64,000 nt of DNA from Bacillota bacterium (GCA_050951805.1 JBMNJT010000008.1:32001-96000), one strand, 5' to 3'. Counted from the first letter of the stretch, positions 31,286 to 43,024 are shown. Numbers and translations: made by a program. The notes: generated by a model from the letters alone, not told the origin.

Positions 31286-31377
31286 GCTACTGAAGGCTCA
31301 GGCTAGATGTTGCTTTAGGGCTGCGTCAATCTATAGTCGAGAAGAGCAAGGGGTAGTTGTATCTTGGATGGGGTGGG

Positions 31378-31854
31378 ATGATCATGGATTGCAGCTTTAA
31401 GACAGAGCAAGGCAGGTTCAATTACCGGGTTGGGGCGATCATAATTCATGAAAACAGAGTGTTGATGGTAAGAAGCAGTAGACAGCCCTGCTACTATTCC
31501 ATCGGGGGTCGTGTACATTTGCATGAGAGCTTGGAACAGGCTGTCATGAGAGAGGTCTATGAAGAAACTGGCGTGCCATTTGAAATAGATAGACTGGGGT
31601 ATGTTCATGAGAATTTCTTTGTGCTGGAGCCGACTGGAGAAGCCTTTCATGAGCTGGCACTTTATTACTACATGAAACCGATACAAGAATACTCATCAAT
31701 CAATGAAAGCCTCGTGGAAGATGGCGTTGAAGAGCGGCTAGAGTGGATTCCTCTAGACGAGATAGGCAACTACGAGGTATATCCGCAATTCTTCAAAGAT
31801 GAAACACTAGCTTCTGAGCATGATATTCTACATATTGTTAACCGCGAACGTTAG
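31378..31854 (+). CDS. NUDIX hydrolase
   Basis: Nudix box GGRVHLHESLEQAVMREVYEETG. Confidence 0.9.
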   Translation: MIMDCSFKTEQGRFNYRVGAIIIHENRVLMVRSSRQPCYYSIGGRVHLHESLEQAVMREVYEETGVPFEIDRLGYVHENFFVLEPTGEAFHELALYYYMKPIQEYSSINESLVEDGVEERLEWIPLDEIGNYEVYPQFFKDETLASEHDILHIVNRER

Positions 31855-32307
31855 AGTAGCTGGCAGGCTGAGATGGGGCTAGTAGGCTCCTTGCCTGGGT
31901 CGCGGCAAAGGCCCAGAGTAACGCTGTGGGCCCCACCTGGGGCCAAGCCGACTCCTGCTAGACGCCTCTTGGGGTGGCCCAATGGCGAGAGGGCAAGGAC
32001 GGTCGGACAAGGCTCGTGTATACAAGGGCTGAAGTCTACGGCGGGACATGTATGAATGAGCACGGGAATCGCTTCGTGAACGAGATCGCGGTGGTTGCGG
32101 CTGTAGGAAGACTGCGCTGGACGGGTGTTCCAGGTTGATGCGTGATATTGGGGTCCACATAATGCATCGCTCTATATTGCCCATGTTTGATTGGCATACT
32201 GTTATGCTGAAACGGTAGACTGTTCTGTTTGGCAATCGAAAAGTTCATAGTTCGGCAGTCAAAAAGTGCATAGGCTACCACCACGCCCGGGGTCGGATCT
32301 CAGGGCC

Positions 32308-33099
32308 CTATTGGGCCGGGTCGTTTTTGTAAATAGTGTTTTGTTGGGGGTGGGCACCTCCAACGTCATCTGGGACATGCAATTGGGAGAGGGCGTGCCG
32401 TAGACGGTAGCTCTCCCCTGTGAATGCAAGCACATGTCCGTGATGAACAAGCCTGTCAATGAGCGCGGCAGTGAGCCGGCTGTCGTTGATTACCGTGTTC
32501 CATTGTCCGAACTCAAGGTTCGTAGTGATGGCTACGCTTCGGCGCTCATAGCAGCTGGCGATTACTTGGAACAAGAGCTCTGCTGCGTGACGGGGTAGAG
32601 GTAAGAAGCCCAGTTCATCCACGATAAGCAGATCGCATGATTCGAGATCGCGTATTAAGCTTCCAAGAGTCCCTTTTGCGTTCTTCTCCAGCAAGCGGTT
32701 TGCCAGATCAACTGTCTGAAAGAATCGGACCTCCTTTCCGCTGAGGACAGCCTTAAGCCCCAGCGCTATCACAAGATGAGTTTTGCCTGTCCCCACGCCG
32801 CCCATGCAAATCAGGGACTCCTTCTCATCGATGAACCTCAGTTCGGTTAGATGTTCTATCGTGGTTTGGGGCGGCAATATGATGTTGTCCCAGGAGAACT
32901 CCTTCAGCGTCTTGGTTTGCGGAAACCCTGCACGCTTCAACCTTCGCCGGTTTCGATTCTTCTCTCGGTTTCTTAGCTCTTCTGCAAATAGATCAGTCAG
33001 GAATTGCTCTCTGCTTTCAAAGGGTATTTCATTGTAGGTCTGGCTCACCGAACCGAGTTTGAGCATCTTACACTGTTTCTGAAGCAAAGAGTCTGTCAT
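32308..33099 (-). CDS. istB: IS21 helper AAA+ ATPase
   Basis: GGVGTGKTH, VDELGF, CYERRS..TTN, IDRLVHH. Confidence 0.95.
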   Translation of the reverse strand: MTDSLLQKQCKMLKLGSVSQTYNEIPFESREQFLTDLFAEELRNREKNRNRRRLKRAGFPQTKTLKEFSWDNIILPPQTTIEHLTELRFIDEKESLICMGGVGTGKTHLVIALGLKAVLSGKEVRFFQTVDLANRLLEKNAKGTLGSLIRDLESCDLLIVDELGFLPLPRHAAELLFQVIASCYERRSVAITTNLEFGQWNTVINDSRLTAALIDRLVHHGHVLAFTGESYRLRHALSQLHVPDDVGGAHPQQNTIYKNDPAQ

Positions 33100-34619
33100 G
33101 CCTTGACCACTCCTTCAGCCCGTGCAGGCAAGAGCTTGTCGTAGACTGCGGAATCTGGATTGTAAGCTGCTACTTCAATTGGCGTGTATCCCTCGGCAAT
33201 AGGTTCGGGAAGCCCGTTTTCGGGGTTAAGCGCATACAGCTTGAGCTCAACGTTCGCGGGGTTGGCGCGCCTATCGGCTGGCAACGCCTCAAGCGCCTCA
33301 GCTACTTCGTCTATGGAATACATCTTCAGCATGTCTCTCACGAACCGTACTCTAGCTGACCGTTCCGATGCATTCGCCTCCTTGAGGTAGGCTTGGACCG
33401 CCTTCGGAAGATAGCGGAACATAGCTGAATGCACGGCAGCTCGTGGCCTACGTGAGTAGATCTCAAAATGGGCCAGCCAGTCAATTGGTTGCTCTTTGAG
33501 CATGTAGTGCCTTGGCAGCGTTGTGAGCGCTTCGCCTTCCCGGTTCCGCACCTCGATGCGATCCCAATACACACTGAGCAAAACCTTCTGCCGTGGTCTC
33601 CCCTGTGGCACTGAATAGGTTTCCGACTCGAAGCGGAATTGAGCATAGTTGTTTAATACTGCAGCATCAAGCCGCACAGCCTCGAATGGAACGCTTGGGA
33701 GCAGCAGCAACGCTGATTGCTCTTCTCGCCACATGTCGGCTATAGTCCTGCCCTTCTTGTAATGAATGCGATCCATGTCGCGGATAGCCTTAATTGCTAG
33801 TTGTTCGCCGAGCTCCTCGAAACTGTTGAGGGGCTGAAGAGGGCATAGCCATTGCCGGCGTGAGTATCCTACCTTGTTTTCAACATTTCCTTTCTCGTTG
33901 CCTCGAGCCGGCGCACAGAAATCAACATCGAAGCGATAATGGAGCTGAAAGCGCATGAACGCCTCCGTAAGCGTGCGTTCTTCGCCCTTCCCTATGGTTG
34001 CTACCATAGTCGTCGCATTGTCCAATACTAGCCTCTGCGGCACACCCCCTGCCTGCTCAAACAGAAGGCGAAGACCCTCCAGAAGGCACTCACCGTTCTC
34101 TGATGGCATTGGAACCGCAAAGCCAGCGTTTGACCATGGAAACGAAAGAACAAGCGCCTTGGCTTCTACGATCTTTCCATCCCGAACACAGCGGATTGTT
34201 CCGAAATCCGCCCGGGCTTCTCCAGGTTCGTGCACGAGTTCAACGTAGGCCGTGGGTTCGGGTTCTTCCTTGAGCAACTCTTTCCGCCGATTTCGAACAT
34301 ACTCCCTAACTGTGCGTTCACTGCCTTCGAAGCCATGCTTCTCTCTTAGCTCACTGTAAATGGCTGCAGCATTTCGCCGATCCTTTCTCTGCAGCAACTG
34401 ATCCTCAAGCAGCCAGGTATCTACAATGTCTGCCACGGGATCCATTACAGGCCTACGCTTCTTTCTAACCGTAGGCGGCGATTCATTCCAGTCCTCCTTG
34501 TAAGCATATTTTGCCGCCGTTCTCCAACACACGTCGACTTTCCTGGCAATTTCGCTGATAGATGCACCTTCGTTTTCGAAGGCATGCTTGATATAATACT
34601 GTACAGGCATAGCGATCAC
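33096..34619 (-). CDS. istA: IS21 transposase
   Basis: N-terminal HTH; ADFG, LDNA, EKGNVE. Confidence 0.95.
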   Translation of the reverse strand: MIAMPVQYYIKHAFENEGASISEIARKVDVCWRTAAKYAYKEDWNESPPTVRKKRRPVMDPVADIVDTWLLEDQLLQRKDRRNAAAIYSELREKHGFEGSERTVREYVRNRRKELLKEEPEPTAYVELVHEPGEARADFGTIRCVRDGKIVEAKALVLSFPWSNAGFAVPMPSENGECLLEGLRLLFEQAGGVPQRLVLDNATTMVATIGKGEERTLTEAFMRFQLHYRFDVDFCAPARGNEKGNVENKVGYSRRQWLCPLQPLNSFEELGEQLAIKAIRDMDRIHYKKGRTIADMWREEQSALLLLPSVPFEAVRLDAAVLNNYAQFRFESETYSVPQGRPRQKVLLSVYWDRIEVRNREGEALTTLPRHYMLKEQPIDWLAHFEIYSRRPRAAVHSAMFRYLPKAVQAYLKEANASERSARVRFVRDMLKMYSIDEVAEALEALPADRRANPANVELKLYALNPENGLPEPIAEGYTPIEVAAYNPDSAVYDKLLPARAEGVVKA

Positions 34620-34809
34620 TCCACGTTACCTCCCCTATTGGTCACATCCAAATCTAGGGAGGTATTCTTGTGGCGTGGTGGTTATGCCTTCTTAATCTTC
34701 AATTTCTCCTGTGACATTTTCGCTGCCGTTCTCTGTATTTCTATTATGCCGAAAACAAGACTGTCTTGATTTGTGCGTAGATAACTAAGTTAGTGAAGGT
34801 GAAGCAGCA

Positions 34810-34980
34810 GTGAAGAAGAATTCGAGCGTCATGATATCAGCAGGCGTGTTGATATATGTGCTATTGTCTCTAACTGATAGGTTTGTGGTAAGCATCCCAG
34901 ACCACGTTTATATTCCGGTTGCAGTCATAGGCGCTATCTTTGTGCTGGCCGGTATTGCTGTAAGCCGGCGTACAAGATGA
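34810..34980 (+). CDS. Small (56 aa) membrane protein with two transmembrane segments
   Basis: GAAGGTG ribosome-binding site; VKKNSSVMISAGVLIYVLL...IFVLAGIAVSRRTR; below the ORF-track size cutoff. Confidence 0.55.
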   Translation: MKKNSSVMISAGVLIYVLLSLTDRFVVSIPDHVYIPVAVIGAIFVLAGIAVSRRTR

Positions 34981-35295
34981 GCAGCTGGCGCAAACGGGAT
35001 TGCCCGGAAACGTCTGCAGAATCTATGCGGGAGATGCGGAGGCGAAAAACACGAACAATGTGATCCCAACTGAGGGAATGTAGCATGGAGGCGTTTGTGT
35101 TGAAGTGGGAAACCCTTAGGTCGACTGGATATGTTGGGGAGCCCCGTTAACATATTCCGAGAGGCAGCTTCATTCTGTGCTTTTTCCTGCTGTTGTTCGT
35201 GCGTCCGATGCAGGAATGCGTCTGAAAGATTTCAGAGCCCAGGTGCAGCAGCCCGAGTGTTTGGCGTGGGGGTACGCGTTGACTGCATTGCCTGG

Positions 35296-35763
35296 CTATA
35301 AGTTGCATGCCAGCAGAACAGAAGTGCCTATTTCGGTAAACCCGTTTTTCATATAGAACTTATGCGAAGGGAAGCCCCTAACGGTATTGAGCAATATGCA
35401 ATCTACCGGGGAATCTGACAAGTATGACTTCAGCAGGTCTAGGAATTTGCTGCCATAGCCCATGGATTGCATCTTCGGGTGTATGCAGAAATCCTCTATT
35501 CTGGCATAGTCACCGTCTGCAGAAGGTAATATCATTCCCAGCAAGACCCCGATCACGTTGTTGTCCTCGCAGAGAGCAAGTCCGAAACAGATGTTTCCAC
35601 TCATGAAATCTCGGAAGTACTTCTCCACACTTTCCGGCTCATATTTCTCATTCCATGGCTCCTGTAGAAAAGCTTCCAGATAGACTGACACGCAATCATC
35701 AATCAGGCTTTCATCTATTCTCTTAATGCAGATTGCGTCGTTTTCCATAATCACACTTCCCAA
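35296..35763 (-). CDS. GNAT family N-acetyltransferase
   Basis: EPWNE, IHPKMQSMGYGS, FYMKNGF. Confidence 0.88.
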   Translation of the reverse strand: MGSVIMENDAICIKRIDESLIDDCVSVYLEAFLQEPWNEKYEPESVEKYFRDFMSGNICFGLALCEDNNVIGVLLGMILPSADGDYARIEDFCIHPKMQSMGYGSKFLDLLKSYLSDSPVDCILLNTVRGFPSHKFYMKNGFTEIGTSVLLACNL

Positions 35764-35855
35764 GACCGATATAGATTCTGTCTGCTTTGCGCGAGGATCG
35801 GCCGGCCACTTGGCGTGGCCGGCTGATCCTTGTAGATGTCGGTTTGCTCAAAGAA

Positions 35856-37151
35856 TCATTTCCCCGATATGGTCACTCCTGAGACCGCAACCCAGGGGCA
35901 GATCGAGAATCCATAGTCTACCCGCTCGCGGGATACGGCAGCCACATTCATCAACATATCCGCTACGTTGCCGGAGATCATCGATTCGCTAATAGGATAC
36001 CTTATTTCTCCGTCCTCAATCAGGTAGCTGTTTTTGGCTACGCCGGAGATGTCGCCGTTGTCACTTGGCGATCCGCCTGAGAATCTGGCCAGGAGTACGC
36101 CTTTCTTCACCGACTTGACCATCTCCTCAAGCGGGGTATGACCCGGGTCTACAACGAATGCTCCGCCGCTCGTGACTGCCCTATCAAGGCCCGTCTTTCT
36201 GGAACCGTAAAGGCTGAGAAGGAAGGTCTTGAGTACGCCATCCTGTAGGATCGTGCTGTTTTGGGCAGCGTATCCATCTGGTGTCACGAAGTAGCCGTTA
36301 CATATCTCATCTGACACGGGACGGGAGTGCATGGTCAGCAGGGGGCTCGCGATTTGCTCATCAAGCTTGTCCTTGTAGATGCTGGTTCCAGATATCATGG
36401 GCCCGTCGCCGATGGAATATGAGAGAAAGTGCAGCATGTCGCCGAGGCAGTCTGGCGTGATGATTATGTCGCCCACGAACTTGCCCTCTAGGGGCCGGGT
36501 ATTGATTTGCTCCGTGGATTGCTGCATGAGCATGTCCAGAGACCCGCAGCTCAGCAGATCCCTCTCAAGATCTTTGAGCGAAAAAGCTGTGTAGTTGAAA
36601 GAAGAGACTTTCTCCCCGTCTCTGGATGAGAACATAGCCACCAATGTGTATACGCCCTTATTGGTCACAAAATCCACGCCATTTGAGTTGAGGAAGTAAT
36701 TCCGCGTGCGAGTGAAATCGAGGTATGCCTCCCTCAGCACAAGTTTCGGGTACCTCACCTTGATCGATTCAAGCATCTCCTTCATGCGGGAGTGCATTCT
36801 GTCCACATCGGGCGAGTCGCTTCCGGATGAGAATGCGGCCGGGGGCTGGGCTTCAGCGATATCGTAAGCGTCGTCAGGGCTTGATGCGGCGGCTATGCCA
36901 AGTACGTCGGCGACTGCTCTGTCCAAAGAATCGTTATTGGACTTGTTTATGCTGGTTGAACCCTTCTTGTTATCTCGTATGGCAGTGAGGTCAACTTGGG
37001 TGTCAAACGTCGTCCTCATCAGAGCGAATTCCCCGAGCTCCACATTGAGCTCGTGTTTATCGGTGAGAGTGAGACTACATTCAGCCTTATCAGCCCCTGC
37101 CTCAAGCAGGGCATCTAGGCCGTATCGTGCGACTTGTTTGGGATCTTGCAT
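35856..37151 (-). CDS. TldE/PmbA family protein
   Basis: Non-catalytic partner downstream of tldD; SDNGDIS...IEDGEI..PISESMISGN. Confidence 0.85.
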   Translation of the reverse strand: MQDPKQVARYGLDALLEAGADKAECSLTLTDKHELNVELGEFALMRTTFDTQVDLTAIRDNKKGSTSINKSNNDSLDRAVADVLGIAAASSPDDAYDIAEAQPPAAFSSGSDSPDVDRMHSRMKEMLESIKVRYPKLVLREAYLDFTRTRNYFLNSNGVDFVTNKGVYTLVAMFSSRDGEKVSSFNYTAFSLKDLERDLLSCGSLDMLMQQSTEQINTRPLEGKFVGDIIITPDCLGDMLHFLSYSIGDGPMISGTSIYKDKLDEQIASPLLTMHSRPVSDEICNGYFVTPDGYAAQNSTILQDGVLKTFLLSLYGSRKTGLDRAVTSGGAFVVDPGHTPLEEMVKSVKKGVLLARFSGGSPSDNGDISGVAKNSYLIEDGEIRYPISESMISGNVADMLMNVAAVSRERVDYGFSICPWVAVSGVTISGK

Positions 37152-37153
37152 AT

Positions 37154-38533
37154 CTACCTGCCTCCTATGGTAACTTTGCATTTGATGGCCGGTCCGCCCA
37201 TGCCTACAGGTATTGGCTGTTTCTTGCCGCACATTCCGCTGCTCAGCCATTTCATATCAGGCGATACCATAGTGACCGTCTTGAGCATGTCAAAGGCCAC
37301 CCCTGAGATAGTCGTATCTCTTATGGCCCTGCCAATCTTGCCGCTTTTGATCTCGTATCCGAGAGTCACGCCGAACATGAACTCGCTGGTGGAGTCGGCC
37401 TGGCCATTGCTTGGTCTGATCAGGTAGTAGCCGTCATCGATGGATGCGATCATATCATCAAGCCTGTCGGTGCCTGGCAGTATGGCAGTATTTCTCATGC
37501 GTATCAGGGGCTCATCTGAGAACTGGTAGGCCCGGGCATTGCCCGTCGGCAAGACTCCTAAGTGCCTGGCGCTCTCTTTGTTGTGCATGTAGCCTTTCAA
37601 GATTCCGTTCTCGATTATCACGGCGTCTTCCGCCTTCGTTCCTTCGTCATCGACGTATATGGGCACCGGGCATGTCTCGCCGCCATACGAATTGGCGAAG
37701 TCTATCAGGGTTACTAGGGGACTTGCAACTTCCTCTCCAACCTTGCCTGACGCCACTGAACCGCTCATGACAATGTCGGCTTCGGTGGTATGCCCTATGG
37801 CCTCATGGGCCAGGATGCCTGCAAGCTCGGCGTCGAGGACACATGTTTTCAGCCCCGCATCGGGGAAGACTCCCTGGCTCTTTCTGACCAGGTGTTCATA
37901 CTGGGTTTCGATGCCATCAAAAAGCTGCGAAGGCGATGTGAATACATCCTCGAATTGGCCAAAACCGCCGTACACATTGCTGAGCTCCGTCGGGACGCCA
38001 TCTTTGACGAGTGAAAGGACGACATAGATGAAGCTTCTGGGAACCATGGAATGGGAGTATGACCCGTCCGATGTGAGAAGGGTCTTCTCCATATCGAGGC
38101 AGTTGATGCCAGTAATTCTGCTGGCAAGCTCGGGATATTTGAGGGCTATATGGTCATCCAGTTCCCTTGCAAACTCCAGGAGCTCCATTTGCCCAAGCCT
38201 GGGCTTTCTGGTCGAATAGTCATTTACGGACGACGTGGTGGCTACAGGAAGCTGTCCTTTGCCCTTGCGCTCTCTTGAATCGAGAAAGAGGGCATTGTCA
38301 GTCGCTGCCTCTATTGCAAGCTTGAGTGCGTCTTCAGTTATCTCGGGGTTGGACGCGAATCCCCATGAACCGTTACTGTACACTCTTGCCGATATACCGC
38401 TGGTAGATGTACGCGAGTTGTGAGTGTTGTTGCCTCGGACGAAGGTAATTCGCACGTTTCGATTCTCTTGTGCTCGCAGTTCAGTATAGGCCGTAAAGAG
38501 CTCGGCATATTCACGTAGATCAAGACTATACAA
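37154..38533 (-). CDS. tldD: TldD family metalloprotease
   Basis: HEAIGH..EAD, DDEG, TGNAR, RMRNT, CGKKQ; AGGAGG ribosome-binding site before TTG. Confidence 0.9.
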   Translation of the reverse strand: MYSLDLREYAELFTAYTELRAQENRNVRITFVRGNNTHNSRTSTSGISARVYSNGSWGFASNPEITEDALKLAIEAATDNALFLDSRERKGKGQLPVATTSSVNDYSTRKPRLGQMELLEFARELDDHIALKYPELASRITGINCLDMEKTLLTSDGSYSHSMVPRSFIYVVLSLVKDGVPTELSNVYGGFGQFEDVFTSPSQLFDGIETQYEHLVRKSQGVFPDAGLKTCVLDAELAGILAHEAIGHTTEADIVMSGSVASGKVGEEVASPLVTLIDFANSYGGETCPVPIYVDDEGTKAEDAVIIENGILKGYMHNKESARHLGVLPTGNARAYQFSDEPLIRMRNTAILPGTDRLDDMIASIDDGYYLIRPSNGQADSTSEFMFGVTLGYEIKSGKIGRAIRDTTISGVAFDMLKTVTMVSPDMKWLSSGMCGKKQPIPVGMGGPAIKCKVTIGGR

Positions 38534-39017
38534 GCATACTCCTCCTTTGTGATCTAGGTTTCTGTTCCGTTGTGGATGACTGAGGCGAGATGGCTTGAAA
38601 CTCAACCCTCGACTGTCAATTCATCCAATGGCTCTGAATTTCCTCTTTAGGGAAGAAAGGCTTGCATTCCACATGGCCATTTGAGATACCGCCGGATAGA
38701 ACGGACCTGCATGTTTTTCTGTTGGGACATGTCAGAGGGTGCATGTTGTGAACAAGGAAGTGATTACTGATGTGAGACGCCGTTTCGGAGACTAAGGAGC
38801 TGGCTACCATGCCTCTATCCCATCGGGATGTCCCCATGCAAGTTCAGTGTGGACGTTCGAATCGCAGGTTTTGGGAGCGTGATCGCTTATGAAGAGGCTC
38901 GTTTTGTGCGGGCTTGGTGAAGTCATGATGGGTATGGCTTCGTGTTCAGCCTGGCTGTCGATGGTCCGGTCGTTCACACTGTCATGGGATTCGGGCAACC
39001 CCATTCCAGTAGTAGAC

Positions 39018-39263
39018 TCATAGCTTGACTGGCGGTGGGGGGACCCGCACGATGAAATCCTGTTCCAGAAACTGTTCGAGGATGCCAAGAAACGCGGGCA
39101 TCTTTCGGGATACAACTGCGCGTGCTTCGCCAATAACGTAGTCTGGAATCAATAGAGTGAAAGTTCCTGATAGCGCCATGTCCAGGAGTCGTGCTTCTGG
39201 ACCGCCCCAGATTATGCCAGAGAATATGATGTTGGTATCTATCATGAGTGTAAGTCTACTCAT
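39018..39263 (-). pseudogene. C-terminally truncated PIN-domain toxin
   Basis: IDTNIIFSG...E; only 81 aa and lacks the distal acidic motifs. Confidence 0.7.
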
Positions 39264-39549
39264 CGTCGTAATGATCCCTCATATACTGAGCGGAGAGCCC
39301 CTCTCGCACTTCCTCCAGTAGCTGTTCCAGTTGCTCGGGCGTTATGCCTGAACGCCTAAACTCCTCTCCTATGGTCAGACGGGCAACCTCAACGGGGTCC
39401 AGCTTCTTGATTATGATAGCTGAACCATCTGCAACCTGGCACGAGAACCTATCGCCAGGGTGAAGAGCTAGTCTCTCCCTGATGTGGCTGGGAATGGTCA
39501 GTTGGCCCTTGGTACTCATCGTTGTGGTGCTATCCTTGCTTGGCTGCAC
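39256..39549 (-). CDS. AbrB/MazE/SpoVT-family antitoxin
   Basis: MSTKGQLTIPSHIRERLALHPGD; overlaps the PIN gene start. Confidence 0.85.
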   Translation of the reverse strand: MQPSKDSTTTMSTKGQLTIPSHIRERLALHPGDRFSCQVADGSAIIIKKLDPVEVARLTIGEEFRRSGITPEQLEQLLEEVREGLSAQYMRDHYDDE

Positions 39550-39789
39550 ACCTACCGCCCCTTGCATTACGTAATACGCTTTACGCAAGCATGGCATTTG
39601 GCTGACTTCGATGCAACTCCGGCAGCTTTCGGACATCTTGAAACAGAACGGGCGCCTGTCACTTGAATGTCACTTTGCCTTCCTAACATAGAATTGGATT
39701 CTGGCGGAATCGACGCTTCGGCCCTTAGCTTGCTGCTGGAAACGTAAAGTGTGATACATAGAGCGATTACTGAGAGGGGAGAAAATAAT

Positions 39790-40464
39790 ATGGAAATACT
39801 CCGGGCTGAGAATGTTTCAAAAGTCTATCGGGGCGAACATGAGGTACAGGCCTTAGATCAGGTCAATCTCAGCGTGGAAAAAGGCAGCCTGCTGGCGATC
39901 GTGGGTGATAGCGGCTCTGGCAAGTCCACGCTGTTACATATTTTAGGCGGCGTTGATCGACCGACAAGCGGGCGCGTTTTTGTCCAGGGAACAGACATTA
40001 CAGAGCTTCGCCAAAGCCAGATGAGCGTATTTCGCAGAAGAAATATTGGCATCATATACCAGTTCTTTAACTTGATCCCCAACATCAATGTGCGCAAGAA
40101 CATATGTCTGCCCTTGCTCTTGGACGAGCGAGTGCCGGATGAAGATTATTATCAGGAAGTCATCCAAACGCTCGGCATCGCCGATAAGCAAAGGCGCTTT
40201 CCCAATGAGCTTTCAGGGGGCGAACAGCAACGCGTGGCCATCGCAAGGAGCCTTATCAGCCGTCCTGCTGTTATTTTGGCTGACGAACCTACTGGGAATC
40301 TTGACCGCCGAAACACCAAAGAGATTGTCTCCCTCTTCAAACTCGTTAACAAGAGCTTCAAAGCCACCATCATTCTCATAACCCATGACGAGAAGGTCGC
40401 TCTCGCCTGCGAGAAAGTCTGCACCATGGTTGATGGTCGGCTCTATGAGGGGGACGTGAGATGA
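39790..40464 (+). CDS. ABC ATP-binding protein (LolD/MacB-like)
   Basis: GDSGSGKST, LSGGEQQRVAIAR, ADEPTGNLD. Confidence 0.93.
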   Translation: MEILRAENVSKVYRGEHEVQALDQVNLSVEKGSLLAIVGDSGSGKSTLLHILGGVDRPTSGRVFVQGTDITELRQSQMSVFRRRNIGIIYQFFNLIPNINVRKNICLPLLLDERVPDEDYYQEVIQTLGIADKQRRFPNELSGGEQQRVAIARSLISRPAVILADEPTGNLDRRNTKEIVSLFKLVNKSFKATIILITHDEKVALACEKVCTMVDGRLYEGDVR

Positions 40465-42998
40465 GCATTATCAGAGAACTGGCACGCGATTCTGTTAAGA
40501 CAGATAGGAAGGCTTCATTCGCTGTTAGCGTATCTATTTTCATCGCTGTTGTACTGGTCGGCTTTTTCCTGATCATCTTCAGCCTAATCGACTATGGTCA
40601 AGTGGAATACATGACGGAGACCACGGGAGGCTACTCAGCCATGCTCCTTGCCATAAGTCCTGAAGACATGGCAGAGCTTAAAGCAGATCACCGAGTAAGA
40701 TCCCTGGCGGTAATTGAAAGAGAAGAACTGAAAGATGCAGGTTTGAAGCGTCCCCAAAACGAGATCAATTATCTTGATGCCCATCTATACGATTACAAAT
40801 GGGTTGAGCTGGTATCTGGAAGGTACCCGGAAAATGCCCATGAGCTCTTGGTTTCAGAACTCTTCTTGATCGAAAACCCGGGTTTTGAAATTGGCTCTGA
40901 TGTTACCATTGCGGATCGTCACTTCTACATCTGCGGCACCTTTAAGGAATACTTGTATTCCTTTGAAGGCACGTATACGAGTTACGGTTGGATTGACAGC
41001 ACGAAAACACAAGTTATGGGACCTGTGGATCTTTGCATTTGGCTCGAGAATGAAAGGGCTGCCTATGAGCACATCCCCGACCTGGTACAGAGGCTGGGGC
41101 GTGACCCCGCCCAACTCAAAAAGGATGGCGGACTCATCTACAATACAGCCTATCTGGAAAGCAAGATGATTTTTCCCGGGGGGATTCTCAAACCATCCAG
41201 GGATGTGGCGGAAAAGATGTTGCTTCGCGGCATTGTTCTTCTCTGTTTCGTCGCCCTCTTTGTCATGATCGTCTATAACGCCTACTCTGTTTGGAATGAT
41301 CGTGACATGAAACAGATCGGCCTATTGAAAAGCTGCGGCATGAGTGAAAGCCAGGTCAAACGTTATGTGGTCTGCAAAGCTTTCTACCTTTCGCTGCGGC
41401 CTATTCTGTTTGGCATCATTGCCTCTTACCTCTTGACTCTTTTGCTGTATTACTTGTTTGAAATGACACGGGCGAAAGTATCACATCGGGTATACTCCCA
41501 TAGAGCTTCTTAAGACCCCTTTTGCTCCTCTAGCGCGAGCAGTTTTACCAACTCTGTGTTTGGCGCTATTCACTGTTTACCTTGCATCACTAAAGCCAGC
41601 CAAGAAAAGCAGTAAGCTTTCTGTTGTGAGCGCAATCAAGAATTTGGATCCCGAGCGAAACCTGAAACTGAAGGACATACGCTACACATCCAATATAGAG
41701 CGAAGCCTGGCCAAGGAGTACAGCAGCAATTATAGCAGGACTTATCGTGGCATGAGTATCGCTTTGGCGATGGCCTGCCTGATTTCCTCGGCGGTGCTAG
41801 TTGAACAGAGTTTCAATCACCTCGATGAACGCTATAATACCTATGAGAGTCCATATAACCTGAATGCGTTCCTGGTCACAGTGGACAATGTCAATCCTGA
41901 GATGATCGAGCGGCTCAGACAAGTCGACGGGATCAGCCGTTTGGTCCTCTATCGAGACAATAGGAGTCTCAAGTTCTACGAGAGCGATAATCCTGGTTTC
42001 CTCAGTGAGGAGAAAACCTGTGCGCGGGCAAGGCTAGAAGAGGATAAGAAAGCATTCGATGTTCCCATTAACCTGTATGGCATCGATGATGCAGAGTGGA
42101 ATCATTACTGTGACGAACATGGGCTTAAATCCAGCGGCCGGGACGCAAAAGGAAGCTACCAGGTTCTCCTGCTCGACAGGACTTGCGAAGACCCGGGGAG
42201 ACCCTATTTGCGGAGCGTTCATATTCCCTTAGCCGGTGAAGCCATAAGCGATATTCATCTGCGAAGGAAAACTGATACCGAAGCGGGATCGATCAGCCTG
42301 AAGGTCGTGGACAGGCTGACGGAGGTGCCTTTCGGTATAGGCCCCATGCCTCGGAAATCCATCAGCCTTTTCATGCCTTTAAGCTGTTTTAACTCCTTTT
42401 GCCAGGATAACGGTTTCGATCAGCCGCTGGAGGGCAAAGCATATATGATCTCAATTACGGCGAATGAAGATATGCTGGACGAGATAACCAGGATGACGAG
42501 GCAGATTGTCTATGAATACATTCCCAGAAGTGACGCAAGGGTAGAATCTAGGAATGATATAGATCGTCTGTCTCAGGAAGAAGCGGCCAATAGCAAGATC
42601 CTCTTCATTTTCATTCAGAGCTTTCTGCTCCTTGTCGGGCTCTCCAATGCATATAACAGCTTCAACTCCAACTTGCAGGCCAGGAAGCGGGATTTTGCCC
42701 TCTTGCGCAGCATTGGAATGGAAGAGAAGCAACTGAAAGGGATGCTTCTGCATGAGGGAATCTTCCTGATACGAAGAGTGCTTCTGATTTTCTTGCTCTT
42801 GCTCATGGCTTTGGTGACCTTGTATGCCTATCGAAAGAGGATGCTTTTTGCGCCTTGGGAGATCCTGGCCAATCTCAATTTCCCGTTGTTGGTTGCATTT
42901 CTCGCCATCAACGCGATTGGCATCTTTGCTGCGATCCAAGGTGGAACGAGCGTCGCGTAATGAGCCAGAACATCCTGGAATCACTGCGGGAAGAGTAA
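40461..42998 (+). pseudogene. Frameshifted FtsX-like ABC permease
   Basis: Split into 40461-41513 and 41560-42960; motifs IGLLKSCGM and FALLRSIGM; plausible C-terminus (RRVMSQNILESLREE*) lies in another frame. Confidence 0.8.
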
Positions 42999-43024
42999 AC
43001 GCCTCTTCACAGGAAGAGGCTCTA

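Larger units (their letters stand above)
32224..34757 (-). mobile_element. Complete IS21-family element (~2.5 kb)
   Basis: istA+istB; imperfect ends share GGCA/CGGCAG/ACCACCACGCC motifs; AGACTGT duplicated at 32217-32223 and 34758-34764. Confidence 0.92.
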
